Source: Nitrosopumilus sp. | Lineage (GTDB): Archaea; Thermoproteota; Nitrososphaeria; Nitrososphaerales; Nitrosopumilaceae | Reading direction: 5' to 3' | DNA length: 64,000 nucleotides | Assembly (NCBI GenBank): GCA_963662625.1 | Contig: OY759726.1 | Span: forward strand, 384,001-448,000 | Made by a program: the position numbers and the translations under genes | Notes under the pieces: generated by a model | Databases searched by the model: none | Told to the model about the DNA's origin: nothing | Seen by the model: the letters and a program-made list of their open reading frames with translations, nothing else | Shown: positions 49,766 through 58,201 of the stretch, piece after piece | Position numbering within the stretch: the first letter of the stretch is position 1 | How the letters are laid out: every line of letters starts with the position of its first letter

Positions 49766-50416
49766 TTGGGCTTACGGGACATCGACCTCAAGGAGGAGTA
49801 CCGCTCAGACAGGGATGACATAATTGGGGAGTTCATCTTCCCGTGCCTTAGAAACTGCACCGAATACGACCGGTGCGTCGACTTCCTGTCGGTGGACTCG
49901 CTGGTAACGCTCGCGGAGGATTTTGACAGCTTTGCCCCGGGCAAGGCAAGGCTGCGGATGATTACGGGCCACAAGTTCAAGACCAGGGACCTCGCGACGC
50001 TGACGAGGCTCTTCGCGGAGAGGCAGGGGAAGATCTTCGATGGGGCCAAGAAGGACCTGAGGCTGCAAAAGCTGCAGGCGTTTGAAAAGGGCCAGATCAG
50101 GATAAAGATCGCGCTGCCCAACTCCGAGCAGGTGACGGGGACGTTCTCGGAGAGGATCGGGATCTTCCGGGACGGGGACGGCCAGGCAGTCGCGTTTACC
50201 GGCATAGCCAAGGAGTCGTTCCCGACGCGCGAGATGGACTTTGAGTCGGTGGACGTCTTTACGTCATGGAACGACGGATCCAGGGTGGAGGCCAAGCAGA
50301 GGGGCTTTGAGAACCTGTGGGCCAACAGGACGGAATACGTCGAGGTGTGCGACTTTACGGTGGCGGAGGGCAACAACCTGCTCAAGTTCTCGACCGACTG
50401 GGTCTTCAAGATCTAG
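49766..50416 (+). CDS. stand-alone PLD-like domain resembling the N-terminus of SF2 helicase/restriction proteins
   Basis: EEYRSDRDDIIGEF..P, YDR, ERIGIFRD.DG..VAFTG, FESVDVFTSW. Confidence 0.7.
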   Translation: MGLRDIDLKEEYRSDRDDIIGEFIFPCLRNCTEYDRCVDFLSVDSLVTLAEDFDSFAPGKARLRMITGHKFKTRDLATLTRLFAERQGKIFDGAKKDLRLQKLQAFEKGQIRIKIALPNSEQVTGTFSERIGIFRDGDGQAVAFTGIAKESFPTREMDFESVDVFTSWNDGSRVEAKQRGFENLWANRTEYVEVCDFTVAEGNNLLKFSTDWVFKI

Positions 50417-50979
50417 GTTGGGAAGGGCTCGCCCGCGCCCGCCTTGTTTTCGTAAAAGTTCATCCGGTTGATCTTGTAGTAGATCACCTCCCCCCGCCGC
50501 TCGATCACCGCGACGATGGGCTCCTTTCCCATCTGCGTGATCTGCTCGACGTTCTTCTGCATCGAGCCCATCTTCTCCTGCTGGCCCTCGCCGAGGCCAA
50601 ACACCAGGAACTTGGCCGCCTTCGACCCGAACTGCCCCCGCTCGTACACCCGGAAGTCGGAGCCGAAGCCGAAGCCGTCCTTCACCACGTAGCCCCGGTT
50701 TCTCAGGTCCCTGTAGATGAGGAACTTTGTCAGGATCGCCGGGTCGGTCTTTTGGCACATCCGCATGAACTCGTTGAAGCCCACCTGCCTGCTCCCCCTG
50801 TCCAGGGTCAGCTTCTCCAGGTACAGAAGGTAGAGCGACTCGAACGGCTTTAGGAGCAGCCCCTTCCCCTCCTGGTCCCCATACCCCTTGAGCCCGAGCT
50901 CGTGGATCATGTCCTTGTCGGAGACTAGCGCCTGCCCGGACTGCAGCACTCCCCTTACCGCCGGGGCCTCGTCCATCAT
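50413..50979 (-). CDS. endA: tRNA splicing endonuclease subunit
   Basis: ESLYL, YRDLRNRGYVVKDGFGFGSDFRVY. Confidence 0.88.
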   Translation of the reverse strand: MMDEAPAVRGVLQSGQALVSDKDMIHELGLKGYGDQEGKGLLLKPFESLYLLYLEKLTLDRGSRQVGFNEFMRMCQKTDPAILTKFLIYRDLRNRGYVVKDGFGFGSDFRVYERGQFGSKAAKFLVFGLGEGQQEKMGSMQKNVEQITQMGKEPIVAVIERRGEVIYYKINRMNFYENKAGAGEPFPT

Positions 50980-51072
50980 GACGGGGAGACCACGGGTTTC
51001 AATATATAAGCATTGGAACCGGGATCAGGATCTTCTAACCGTTAAAATATGGGCGACCGGGTCTGAGGTATC

Positions 51073-51579
51073 ATGCACGGCGCCAACTACAGGAAGGGGA
51101 CGGGGCAGCCTTTCTGCAGAAAGGAGTACATCAAGGGAAAGCCGCAGATCAAGATTGCAAAGTTCCAGGGCGGGAAGCGGGCAGAATACCAGTACTGCGT
51201 CCAGCTCCTCATAAACGAGAAGATCCAGATCAGGCACATGGCGATAGAGTCGTGCCGGCTGGCCGCCAACAAGACGCTGGAAAAGACCACGGGCGAGGCG
51301 GGCTATTATTCCAGGCTCCGGATCTACCCCCACAACCTGCTCAGGGAAAACAAGATGATCGCCACGGCGGGCGCCGACAGGCTCCAAGAGGGGATGCGAA
51401 GGGCCTGGGGAAAGGCCACCAGCCTCGGCGCGCGGGTGAAGCAGGGCCAGTGCATAATGGAACTGTACGTAAACGAGGCGCACGTGGAGGCCGCCAAGAA
51501 GGCCCTGAGGGGCGCGTGCGTCAAGCTGCCAGGGACGCCCACCATCAAGGTCGCCAAGTGGGGAAAGCCGTCACCATAA
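51073..51579 (+). CDS. rpl10e: 50S ribosomal protein uL16 (L10e)
   Basis: RENKMIATAGADRLQEGMRRAWGK. Confidence 0.95.
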   Translation: MHGANYRKGTGQPFCRKEYIKGKPQIKIAKFQGGKRAEYQYCVQLLINEKIQIRHMAIESCRLAANKTLEKTTGEAGYYSRLRIYPHNLLRENKMIATAGADRLQEGMRRAWGKATSLGARVKQGQCIMELYVNEAHVEAAKKALRGACVKLPGTPTIKVAKWGKPSP

Positions 51580-51834
51580 GTCCGCGAACTTTTCGGCCTT
51601 CAGCAGGTCCAGGAACTCCCGGAATTCGGCCCCCGTGGGGTCCCGGCCCAGGATCCGCCTGGTCTGGTAGTAGAACGCGTTGTACATCCTCCCTACCGCC
51701 ACGCCCAGCACGAACTGCCTCGAGCCGTCGATCTCCGACATCGACCTGGCGAGCTCCCTGATCTCGTCCTTGTTTGAGACCGTCTCCCGGATTTTCTGCT
51801 CCAGCTTGTCCTGCAGGGCCCTGTCCACAGTCAT
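51571..51834 (-). CDS. conserved hypothetical protein
   Basis: GRMYNAFYYQTRRILGRDPT; TTTTTAA upstream. Confidence 0.7.
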   Translation of the reverse strand: MTVDRALQDKLEQKIRETVSNKDEIRELARSMSEIDGSRQFVLGVAVGRMYNAFYYQTRRILGRDPTGAEFREFLDLLKAEKFADLW

Positions 51835-51891
51835 GCTTGGGCCGGATGGTTAAAAACAATTTAATAACGAAATTTTTGCCTTATGGTTATT

Positions 51892-51968
51892 GCAGTTATA
51901 GTACAGTTTGGTTAATATGCGAGCTTGCCAAGTTCGTGACCCGGGTTCAAATCCCGGTAACTGCACCA
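51892..51968 (+). tRNA. tRNA-Gly(GCC)
   Basis: GCAGTTA/TAACTGC acceptor followed by ACCA, CGAGC-TTGCCAA-GTTCG, GGTTCAAATCC. Confidence 0.9.
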
Positions 51969-52399
51969 TCATTCTTGGCGGCGGAGCCCAGGCCCGTCTT
52001 GATGATCCGGAGCGCGTCCTCTGCCTTGTCGGGCCTCGGAAGCTGGATCAGGAAGACGTTGTCCTTGCCGTAGCTGGACTTGGGGGAGGACAGCGCGATC
52101 ATCGACGTCGCTGCGAGCGACTCGAAGAAGGCCAGGTTCCTGTTGGCGTTGATCAGGATCCTTTCGGCGATGCCCCCCGCGGAAAACCTCAGCGACACCT
52201 CTACGAACACGTGCCCCAGGCCGTCCTGCAGTATGTTGAGGTCGGTGTCGATCGCAAGCGGCTTCCCGGCCACCTTGGAGAGGATGTGGTCGTAGCGGCC
52301 CCCGTCAAACACGATGCACGGGACGTCCCTCCCGTCAAGGTCAAACGAGGTGATTCCGTCGTGGGACCTCCCGAGCAGGTCGTCCAGTTCGTCAGGCAT
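51947..52399 (-). CDS. conserved hypothetical protein
   Basis: Coupled to the antiporter gene; host-like codon bias. Confidence 0.7.
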   Translation of the reverse strand: MPDELDDLLGRSHDGITSFDLDGRDVPCIVFDGGRYDHILSKVAGKPLAIDTDLNILQDGLGHVFVEVSLRFSAGGIAERILINANRNLAFFESLAATSMIALSSPKSSYGKDNVFLIQLPRPDKAEDALRIIKTGLGSAAKNDGAVTGI

Positions 52400-53717
52400 C
52401 TTTCTCGTTCAGCCTTGAGACGATCCTGTCGCTTGCCTTCACCATGAATGGCGAGATGAACGCCGTGATTATGGATATGATTCCGATCAGCGGGAAGAGG
52501 AACGCGCTCACCGCGCCGGCGTCGATCCCGGTCTTCACTATCACGATCGAGAACTCCCCCCGGGGGGCGCCCAGCGTGAACGCCGAGCGCAGGGAGGTCC
52601 CCCGCTTCTGCCTGAACAGGAAGTTTCCCAGCATGTTGCCCCCGAACTTCATGCCGGTGGCCACCGCGATCAGCACCAGCGCCACCAGGATGTAGTTTTC
52701 CACGTGCGAGATGTCCATCAGGGCACCCACGGAGATGAAGAACACGGCCACGAACATGTCCTTTATCGGGCTGGCAAGCAGCTTCGACACCGCGGCAGAC
52801 TTGGATTCGGCGACGAGCACCCCCGCCAGGAACGCCCCGATTGCGACCGAGAGGCCCACGAGGTTTGCGAGCAGCGAGTACCCGAAGCACAGCCCCAGCA
52901 CGCTCAGGAGCAGGATCTCGCGGTGTTCTGCGGCCGCCACCCGGTCAATCAGGTGCGGGATCGTCCTGGTTCCGACGGTAAACGTGCCTATGATCAGCCC
53001 GGCGGCGACCAGGATCACCACGACGATGGACTCCACTGACACCGTGCCCACCAGGGCGATGGACTGCAGCGACGAGATCAGGATCACGGCCACTATGTCT
53101 TCTATGATCAGGATTCCCAGGATCAGGATGGACGACTTTCGCTGGATCGTGCCCATCTCCTCGAGGATCTTTACGATGATGGCGGTACTGGAGATGGAAA
53201 GCGCGGCGGCTATGAACAGCGAGTCCATGAAGTTCAGCCCCAGCGCGGTAGCCGTGTAGAACACGACTCCCAGCGCGGAGAACAGGCCGATCGTGCCCAC
53301 CCCGATTGCCACCCTGCCGATGCTCTTGATCTTCGGGTAGGGGAACTCGATCCCTATAACGAACAGGAGCAGTATCACGCCGATTTCGGAGAACAGGTTC
53401 AGGGCGGTGATGTCAGACAGGATCCCGGCTCCCTCGTGCGCGGCGTCCCCGGATCCGCCCTCCGGAAGCACCCACGACCACAGCGGGGACAGCGGCCCGA
53501 TCAGCATCCCGGCAAAGAGGTACCCTATGATCAGCGGCTGCCTGATCTTGAAGAAGGCCAGTGTGATGGCCGCTCCGATGATCATGATCAGGGCCAGGTC
53601 GGTGACAAAACTGGTGTGCGGCAGTTCCGGGATCACGTGCGCAAGCAGGTTGTCCAATGCGTCGGCGAGGTAGTTTTGAATCGATGACTGGTCTGCCTGC
53701 AGCTGAAAATTTTGCAT
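52392..53717 (-). CDS. cation:proton antiporter (CPA2/KefB-like)
   Basis: LSISSTAI, IEDI, GAFLAG, PRGEFS. Confidence 0.92.
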   Translation of the reverse strand: MQNFQLQADQSSIQNYLADALDNLLAHVIPELPHTSFVTDLALIMIIGAAITLAFFKIRQPLIIGYLFAGMLIGPLSPLWSWVLPEGGSGDAAHEGAGILSDITALNLFSEIGVILLLFVIGIEFPYPKIKSIGRVAIGVGTIGLFSALGVVFYTATALGLNFMDSLFIAAALSISSTAIIVKILEEMGTIQRKSSILILGILIIEDIVAVILISSLQSIALVGTVSVESIVVVILVAAGLIIGTFTVGTRTIPHLIDRVAAAEHREILLLSVLGLCFGYSLLANLVGLSVAIGAFLAGVLVAESKSAAVSKLLASPIKDMFVAVFFISVGALMDISHVENYILVALVLIAVATGMKFGGNMLGNFLFRQKRGTSLRSAFTLGAPRGEFSIVIVKTGIDAGAVSAFLFPLIGIISIITAFISPFMVKASDRIVSRLNEKDA

Positions 53718-54196
53718 GATATCCTTGAGCAAGATCGTTTAAAAACAATTGCGCATGGCGTGCCGCCAGAATCCCGGTCCGGGCGCCCTGCCGGGCGGGT
53801 CGTGGCGGCAGTTCTCCCGGGCCCGGGGGCGGCCCTGACGCGCGCTGGGCGGCGCCGGGCGGTGGCTGCGGCGGCGCGGCGCATCCCATGCCGTCCGGCA
53901 GGATCGGCGGCCCGATCCAGCCAGAATCGCGCCCGCGGCCGGCCGGCAGCGCATCCCATGCGGCGGGGCGGGACCGGCGGCCGGGCCGCCCGTGATCCCA
54001 GGATCCCGGGATGCCGCCCTCCTTCGTCTGGGGGAACGGCGCGTGTGGCGCGCCACCGCGCGCGGCACAACGCGGGCCTTCCGGGAGGACGGCGGCGCCG
54101 GGGTCCCCCGCGCCGCGTGCGCGGGCCCGACTCGGGCGCGGCGCCCGGGAGGTTTTTATCCGGTCGGGCGCCCTTATGGCTGGAGGGGCCTCCAAG

Positions 54197-54260
54197 TGCA
54201 GGGTGATGAGTAGGTCGGCTGAAGATTGTGTGGAGAGATGACCTGGGGTATCTGACTGCA
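54197..54260 (+). ncRNA. box C/D guide sRNA
   Basis: C box GTGATGA 54203, D' CTGA 54219, C' GAGATGA 54235, D CTGA 54252, terminal stem TGCAG/CTGCA. Confidence 0.75.
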
Positions 54261-54292
54261 TTTGGTAATGTAGTCATTACCCGGGCGTTAAT

Positions 54293-54313
54293 AGTACGGT
54301 ACCATACCGTACT
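54293..54313. promoter_or_regulatory. perfect inverted repeat, operator-like
   Basis: AGTACGGTA-CCA-TACCGTACT between a TTAATA box and ATG 54316. Confidence 0.6.
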
Positions 54314-54315
54314 TT

Positions 54316-54423
54316 ATGATTCAGTGCGAATACTGCCCAAGGGGGTTTGCCGAGACGGCAAACGGCCTGGTGGAGAAGACCTTCCACGAGCTGCTCCACG
54401 AACCAAAAGTCGTGAACAAGTAA
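54316..54423 (+). CDS. C2H2-type zinc-finger microprotein (35 aa)
   Basis: Manual: MIQCEYCPRGFAETANGLVEKTFHELLHEPKVVNK; oligo-T tract follows. Confidence 0.65.
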   Translation: MIQCEYCPRGFAETANGLVEKTFHELLHEPKVVNK

Positions 54424-54476
54424 CTTTATTTTTTATTTTACCCAACTTTTTTATCACTAGTTTTAATTTGGAAGGC

Positions 54477-56108
54477 ATGGTCGCAAAGCCTGCAAAGAAA
54501 AAGCCCGCGGGGCGCGTGCCTGCTGGGAAGGCCACGGGGCGCGTGCCTGCAAGGAAGGCCACGGGGCGCGTGCCTGCAAGGAAGGCCACGGGGCGCGTGC
54601 CTGCTGGGAAGGCCACGGGGCGCGTGCCTGCTGGGAAGGCCACGGGGCGCGTGCCGACGCCCGCGGCCGTGCTAAAGAAGGTGGCCGCGGTGTCGGACTC
54701 TACCAAGGCGCTGCAGAAAGAGATCAGGGGGATGTCAAAGATCTTCGCGGAAAACCAGAAGGTCTTGGTTTCGATGAAGGGCATGATCGACACGCTGGCC
54801 TCGACGCTGGAGGCCATCCAGAAGCAGTCGAGGCAGATCAGCATCCTGGAGGAGGACGCGCAGAAGCTCCACGCCGGGCTCAGCCAGGTCAGGTCCCAGT
54901 CCGGCATGATTACGAAGATAGGCGACCAGGCCTCGAAGCTCGAGGAGGAGGTGGCCAGGATCAGCAGGCTGCAGAAATCGGCGCCGGACGCCGAGCAGCT
55001 GCACAGGCAGATCGAGGACGGCGTGAACGCGAACAAGAACAACTCCCACATGATCATAAAGATAGCCCAGAGGATTGACGAGGTGAGGGACGACCTGAGG
55101 AAGGTCTCCGGGAAGACCGACTCCTTCCTGGAGGCCGGGAAGGAGATAGACCGGTTGAAGAACAACGTAGACCAGATCGCCGGGAAGACGAACCGGATCA
55201 AGGCCAACTCCCAGATCATCGAGAAGCTAAAGCAGGACCTGGGGGGCATGAGCAGGAGGATGGCGTCGGTCTCAAGCGTGAACTCCGAGCTTGACGCCAT
55301 AAAGTCGGCCATAGACTCCATAGCGGACAAGTCCTCGAAGATCGACTCGCTCGGGGGGGTCATGGACGGCCTGAAGCGGCAGTTCGAGGCCATATCGTCC
55401 AGGGCCGACGCCGCGAGCGCCAACGTGGAGTACCTCAAGGGCATGACCGGCAAGATCGACAGGATCGAGTCCGAGATCGGCGCGCTGGCGCAGAGGGCAG
55501 ACGCGACGGCGTTCGTGGGCGAGGGGCTGAAATCCGTCCAGGACGACCTCCTGGACTTCAAGCGGGACGTCTCCGACAAGACCGGCAACATCGAGCAGAA
55601 GATCTCCTCGGTGTCGGACATCCTCAAGAGGCAGGGCGAGTCCGTGATCGAGTTCCACAAAAAGTCTGACAGGGTGTTCTCGGAGCTCCGTTCCGTGAAG
55701 GGCGCGGCGGGCAAGGCGTCAGGCGACTCGTCAAAGGAGATGATGGCGCTGCTGAGGCTCTCCGAGTACCAGTCGACGGTCAGGATGCTCGCAGAGTCAA
55801 AGTACGGCGGGCCGAAGGACCTGGAGGCCATGGCGTCCCAGACCGCCGACATCGCGAACCTGTTTGACGGGGTCTCGGCAAGCACCGGCAGGGAGGTCCC
55901 GCTGCCGCGGGAGGTCATGCGGTGGGCGGTGGGCAAGATCCTCGACTGCGCGGACAGGTGGGAGATCAGGTTCGCCGACGCGTACTCCGTCCTGACCAAC
56001 GCCATAGGCAGGGACATGCTGAAGGAGTCGATCAGGATCCAGCAGGTCCGCGACATTTACGGGATCAGGGCGGTCGACGAGATCAGGGGCGACCTGAAGG
56101 CGTCCTAG
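54477..56108 (+). CDS. long coiled-coil protein with N-terminal basic repeats
   Basis: MVAKPAKKK start, extended heptads, C-terminal IRIQQVRDIYGIRAVD. Confidence 0.85.
   Translation: MVAKPAKKKPAGRVPAGKATGRVPARKATGRVPARKATGRVPAGKATGRVPAGKATGRVPTPAAVLKKVAAVSDSTKALQKEIRGMSKIFAENQKVLVSMKGMIDTLASTLEAIQKQSRQISILEEDAQKLHAGLSQVRSQSGMITKIGDQASKLEEEVARISRLQKSAPDAEQLHRQIEDGVNANKNNSHMIIKIAQRIDEVRDDLRKVSGKTDSFLEAGKEIDRLKNNVDQIAGKTNRIKANSQIIEKLKQDLGGMSRRMASVSSVNSELDAIKSAIDSIADKSSKIDSLGGVMDGLKRQFEAISSRADAASANVEYLKGMTGKIDRIESEIGALAQRADATAFVGEGLKSVQDDLLDFKRDVSDKTGNIEQKISSVSDILKRQGESVIEFHKKSDRVFSELRSVKGAAGKASGDSSKEMMALLRLSEYQSTVRMLAESKYGGPKDLEAMASQTADIANLFDGVSASTGREVPLPREVMRWAVGKILDCADRWEIRFADAYSVLTNAIGRDMLKESIRIQQVRDIYGIRAVDEIRGDLKAS
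54509..54655 (+). repeat. 27-bp coding tandem repeat, about 5.5 copies (GRVPA[G/R]KAT)
   Basis: GGGGCGCGTGCCTGC(TG/AA)GGAAGGCCAC units. Confidence 0.92.
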
Positions 56109-58147
56109 ACCCCGGCCGCGTCGTCAAGCAGCCGGAGGTGCTCCTTCTTTCTCCTCAGCGCGGCGAATATCCCGATTATGGCGGCGACCCACATCGAGGC
56201 AAACACGATGTTCCAGTAGCTGACGAACATGTAGGGGGTGGCGTCCATGACGTTCTCCTTGAGGATCTGGGCCCTGCTGTTGATGTCCAGCATCCCGGTA
56301 TGGTACGTGGAGCTGTCCTTCGGCACCGCGGAGATCTGCTCCACGCTGCTGATCATGGTGTCGACGTCGCCCTGGATGCGCAGGAAGTTGGTGGAGTCGG
56401 TCGGGAATATCCAGACGGGGTTCTTCGTGGCGTCGAGCTTTTCCATGACCGTCGCCAGGTGGACCTGTATCTCGGCCAGGTGCGCCCGGATGACCTCCGG
56501 GTCAGACGAGCTCGTGATCCCGTCGAGGTGGCCGCGCGTCTTGTCCAGCGGGTATATGGACTCGCCGTACCCCACGAACGCCATCACGCAGCCGAACACG
56601 ATCAGTGCGAGGATTCCCCCCACGGAGACCTTGTAAACGTTGTTCGCCATCTTTTCCCTCTTCGAGGTGACTCTGGGCCGGCTTGATTTATTTCTTTTAA
56701 ATCTGGTGTGGGAGAGGCTCATGTAGGCTATGTAGAAGAAGCCGAGGGCCTGCAGGCCGATTATGGGGGCAAATATCGGGTTGTTGGAGAATATCGAGAC
56801 CGAGATCCCCAGGATCCCGTACACGCCGAAGAAGAGCTCGAGCAGCGTGGTCTGGGTAAACGGCAGGTTGTAGGCCTTGTCCCGCCAGTCGTCGCGCTTC
56901 GTGATTATGCCGTACTTGGGCGTCCTGAGGAACTCGTTCTTCTTCCCGAACAGCGCGTCGAAGACCGCCACGGTGTTGTTAACCGACATCCCCGCGTTGT
57001 ACACCAGCAGCGCGGGCAGTATCTTGGCCTTGGACTTCCACGACTGGTGGTACATGCTCTGGATTATCATGATGTACGCGCCCGGGCCCATCGCGAGGTA
57101 CGCGGCGATGGTCAGGGCAGGGATGAAGCTCACCACGTACAGGTTCACCTGGCCCGCCAGGAGCAGCGGCAGCGTCAGGAACTGCACCAGCATCAGCGGG
57201 TAGACTATGTGGCGCGTGAGCTGGACGAACGCCTGGATCTTCGTCTCCAGCGAGACCTTGCGCTTGGCGAGGATGCCCGGGAGCAGCTTCACCGCGCACT
57301 GGATGGAGCCCTTGGCCCAGCGGAACTGCTGCCTCTTGGCAGCGTTCATCTGCACCGGCAGTTCCGCGTCGACCACGATGTCCGGCAGGAAGACGCACTT
57401 CCATTCCTTCATCTGGGCCCGGTAGCTGAGATCCAGGTCCTCCACGAGGGTCGCGGTGTGCCAGCCGCCGGCGTCCTCGATGCAGCTCCGCCGCCATATC
57501 CCGGCGGTCCCGTTGAAGTTCATGAAGAGGTGGGAGTTGCTCTTGGCCTTCTGCTCTATGAGGAAGTGGAAGTCGAGGCTCAGCGCCTGGACCTTGGTGA
57601 TCGCCGAGTAGTTCTCGTTGACGTGCCCCCAGCGGCACTGGACCAGGCCGATGCCCGAGTTCGCAAAATGCGGGATCGCCCGCTTCAGGAACCAGTCGGG
57701 CGGGATAAAGTCCGCGTCAAATATCGCCACGTACTCGGTGTCCGTGGTCTGCATCGCGTGCTTCAGCGCGCCGGCCTTGTAGCCGGTCCTGGTGCCGCGC
57801 CTCACGTGCTCTATGTCGAACCCCTGCCTCTTGTACGACTCGACCACCCTGCCCAGCAGATCCACCGTGTCGTCGTCCGAGTCGTCCAGCACCATTATGC
57901 GCATCTTGTCCCGCGGGTAGTCCATGTCGCATACCGAGTCCACCAGCCGCTTTGCGACGTACTTCTCGTTGTAGATCGGGAGGTGGATGGTGATCGACGG
58001 GGTGCTCATGTCGGCGGTCTGCAGGGGCGTCCTCCTCTGCCGCGACAGGTACGCCAGGTAGTAAAAGTTGCAGGTGTACAGCGTGATGACGACGGCCGAC
58101 AGCAAAAACAGGTCGAAGACTAGTTGGGTGAACGGGTTTACTGGCAT
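56105..58147 (-). CDS. GT2 processive glycosyltransferase (cellulose/mannan synthase-like)
   Basis: LPIYNE, DDS, KAGAL, FDADF, VEDLDL, QQFRW; multiple TM helices. Confidence 0.92.
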   Translation of the reverse strand: MPVNPFTQLVFDLFLLSAVVITLYTCNFYYLAYLSRQRRTPLQTADMSTPSITIHLPIYNEKYVAKRLVDSVCDMDYPRDKMRIMVLDDSDDDTVDLLGRVVESYKRQGFDIEHVRRGTRTGYKAGALKHAMQTTDTEYVAIFDADFIPPDWFLKRAIPHFANSGIGLVQCRWGHVNENYSAITKVQALSLDFHFLIEQKAKSNSHLFMNFNGTAGIWRRSCIEDAGGWHTATLVEDLDLSYRAQMKEWKCVFLPDIVVDAELPVQMNAAKRQQFRWAKGSIQCAVKLLPGILAKRKVSLETKIQAFVQLTRHIVYPLMLVQFLTLPLLLAGQVNLYVVSFIPALTIAAYLAMGPGAYIMIIQSMYHQSWKSKAKILPALLVYNAGMSVNNTVAVFDALFGKKNEFLRTPKYGIITKRDDWRDKAYNLPFTQTTLLELFFGVYGILGISVSIFSNNPIFAPIIGLQALGFFYIAYMSLSHTRFKRNKSSRPRVTSKREKMANNVYKVSVGGILALIVFGCVMAFVGYGESIYPLDKTRGHLDGITSSSDPEVIRAHLAEIQVHLATVMEKLDATKNPVWIFPTDSTNFLRIQGDVDTMISSVEQISAVPKDSSTYHTGMLDINSRAQILKENVMDATPYMFVSYWNIVFASMWVAAIIGIFAALRRKKEHLRLLDDAAGV

Positions 58148-58201
58148 GTCCCTAGTATCCCAAGGCCGCCCCTCGATATTTATACTTGCAAGAACGCCGG
58201 G

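Noticed and set aside
49408-51968. tRNA-Glu or tRNA-Gly as integration sites of a mobile element
   Set aside because: No integrase and no duplicated tRNA 3' end were seen; the intervening genes (endA, rpl10e) are core.
54228-54476. N-terminal extension of the 626-aa ORF
   Set aside because: It overlaps the C/D sRNA, operator, microprotein and terminator; the likely start is ATG 54477.
54314-56056. 580-aa minus-strand ORF
   Set aside because: Ser/Phe/Leu-rich antisense shadow of the coiled-coil gene.
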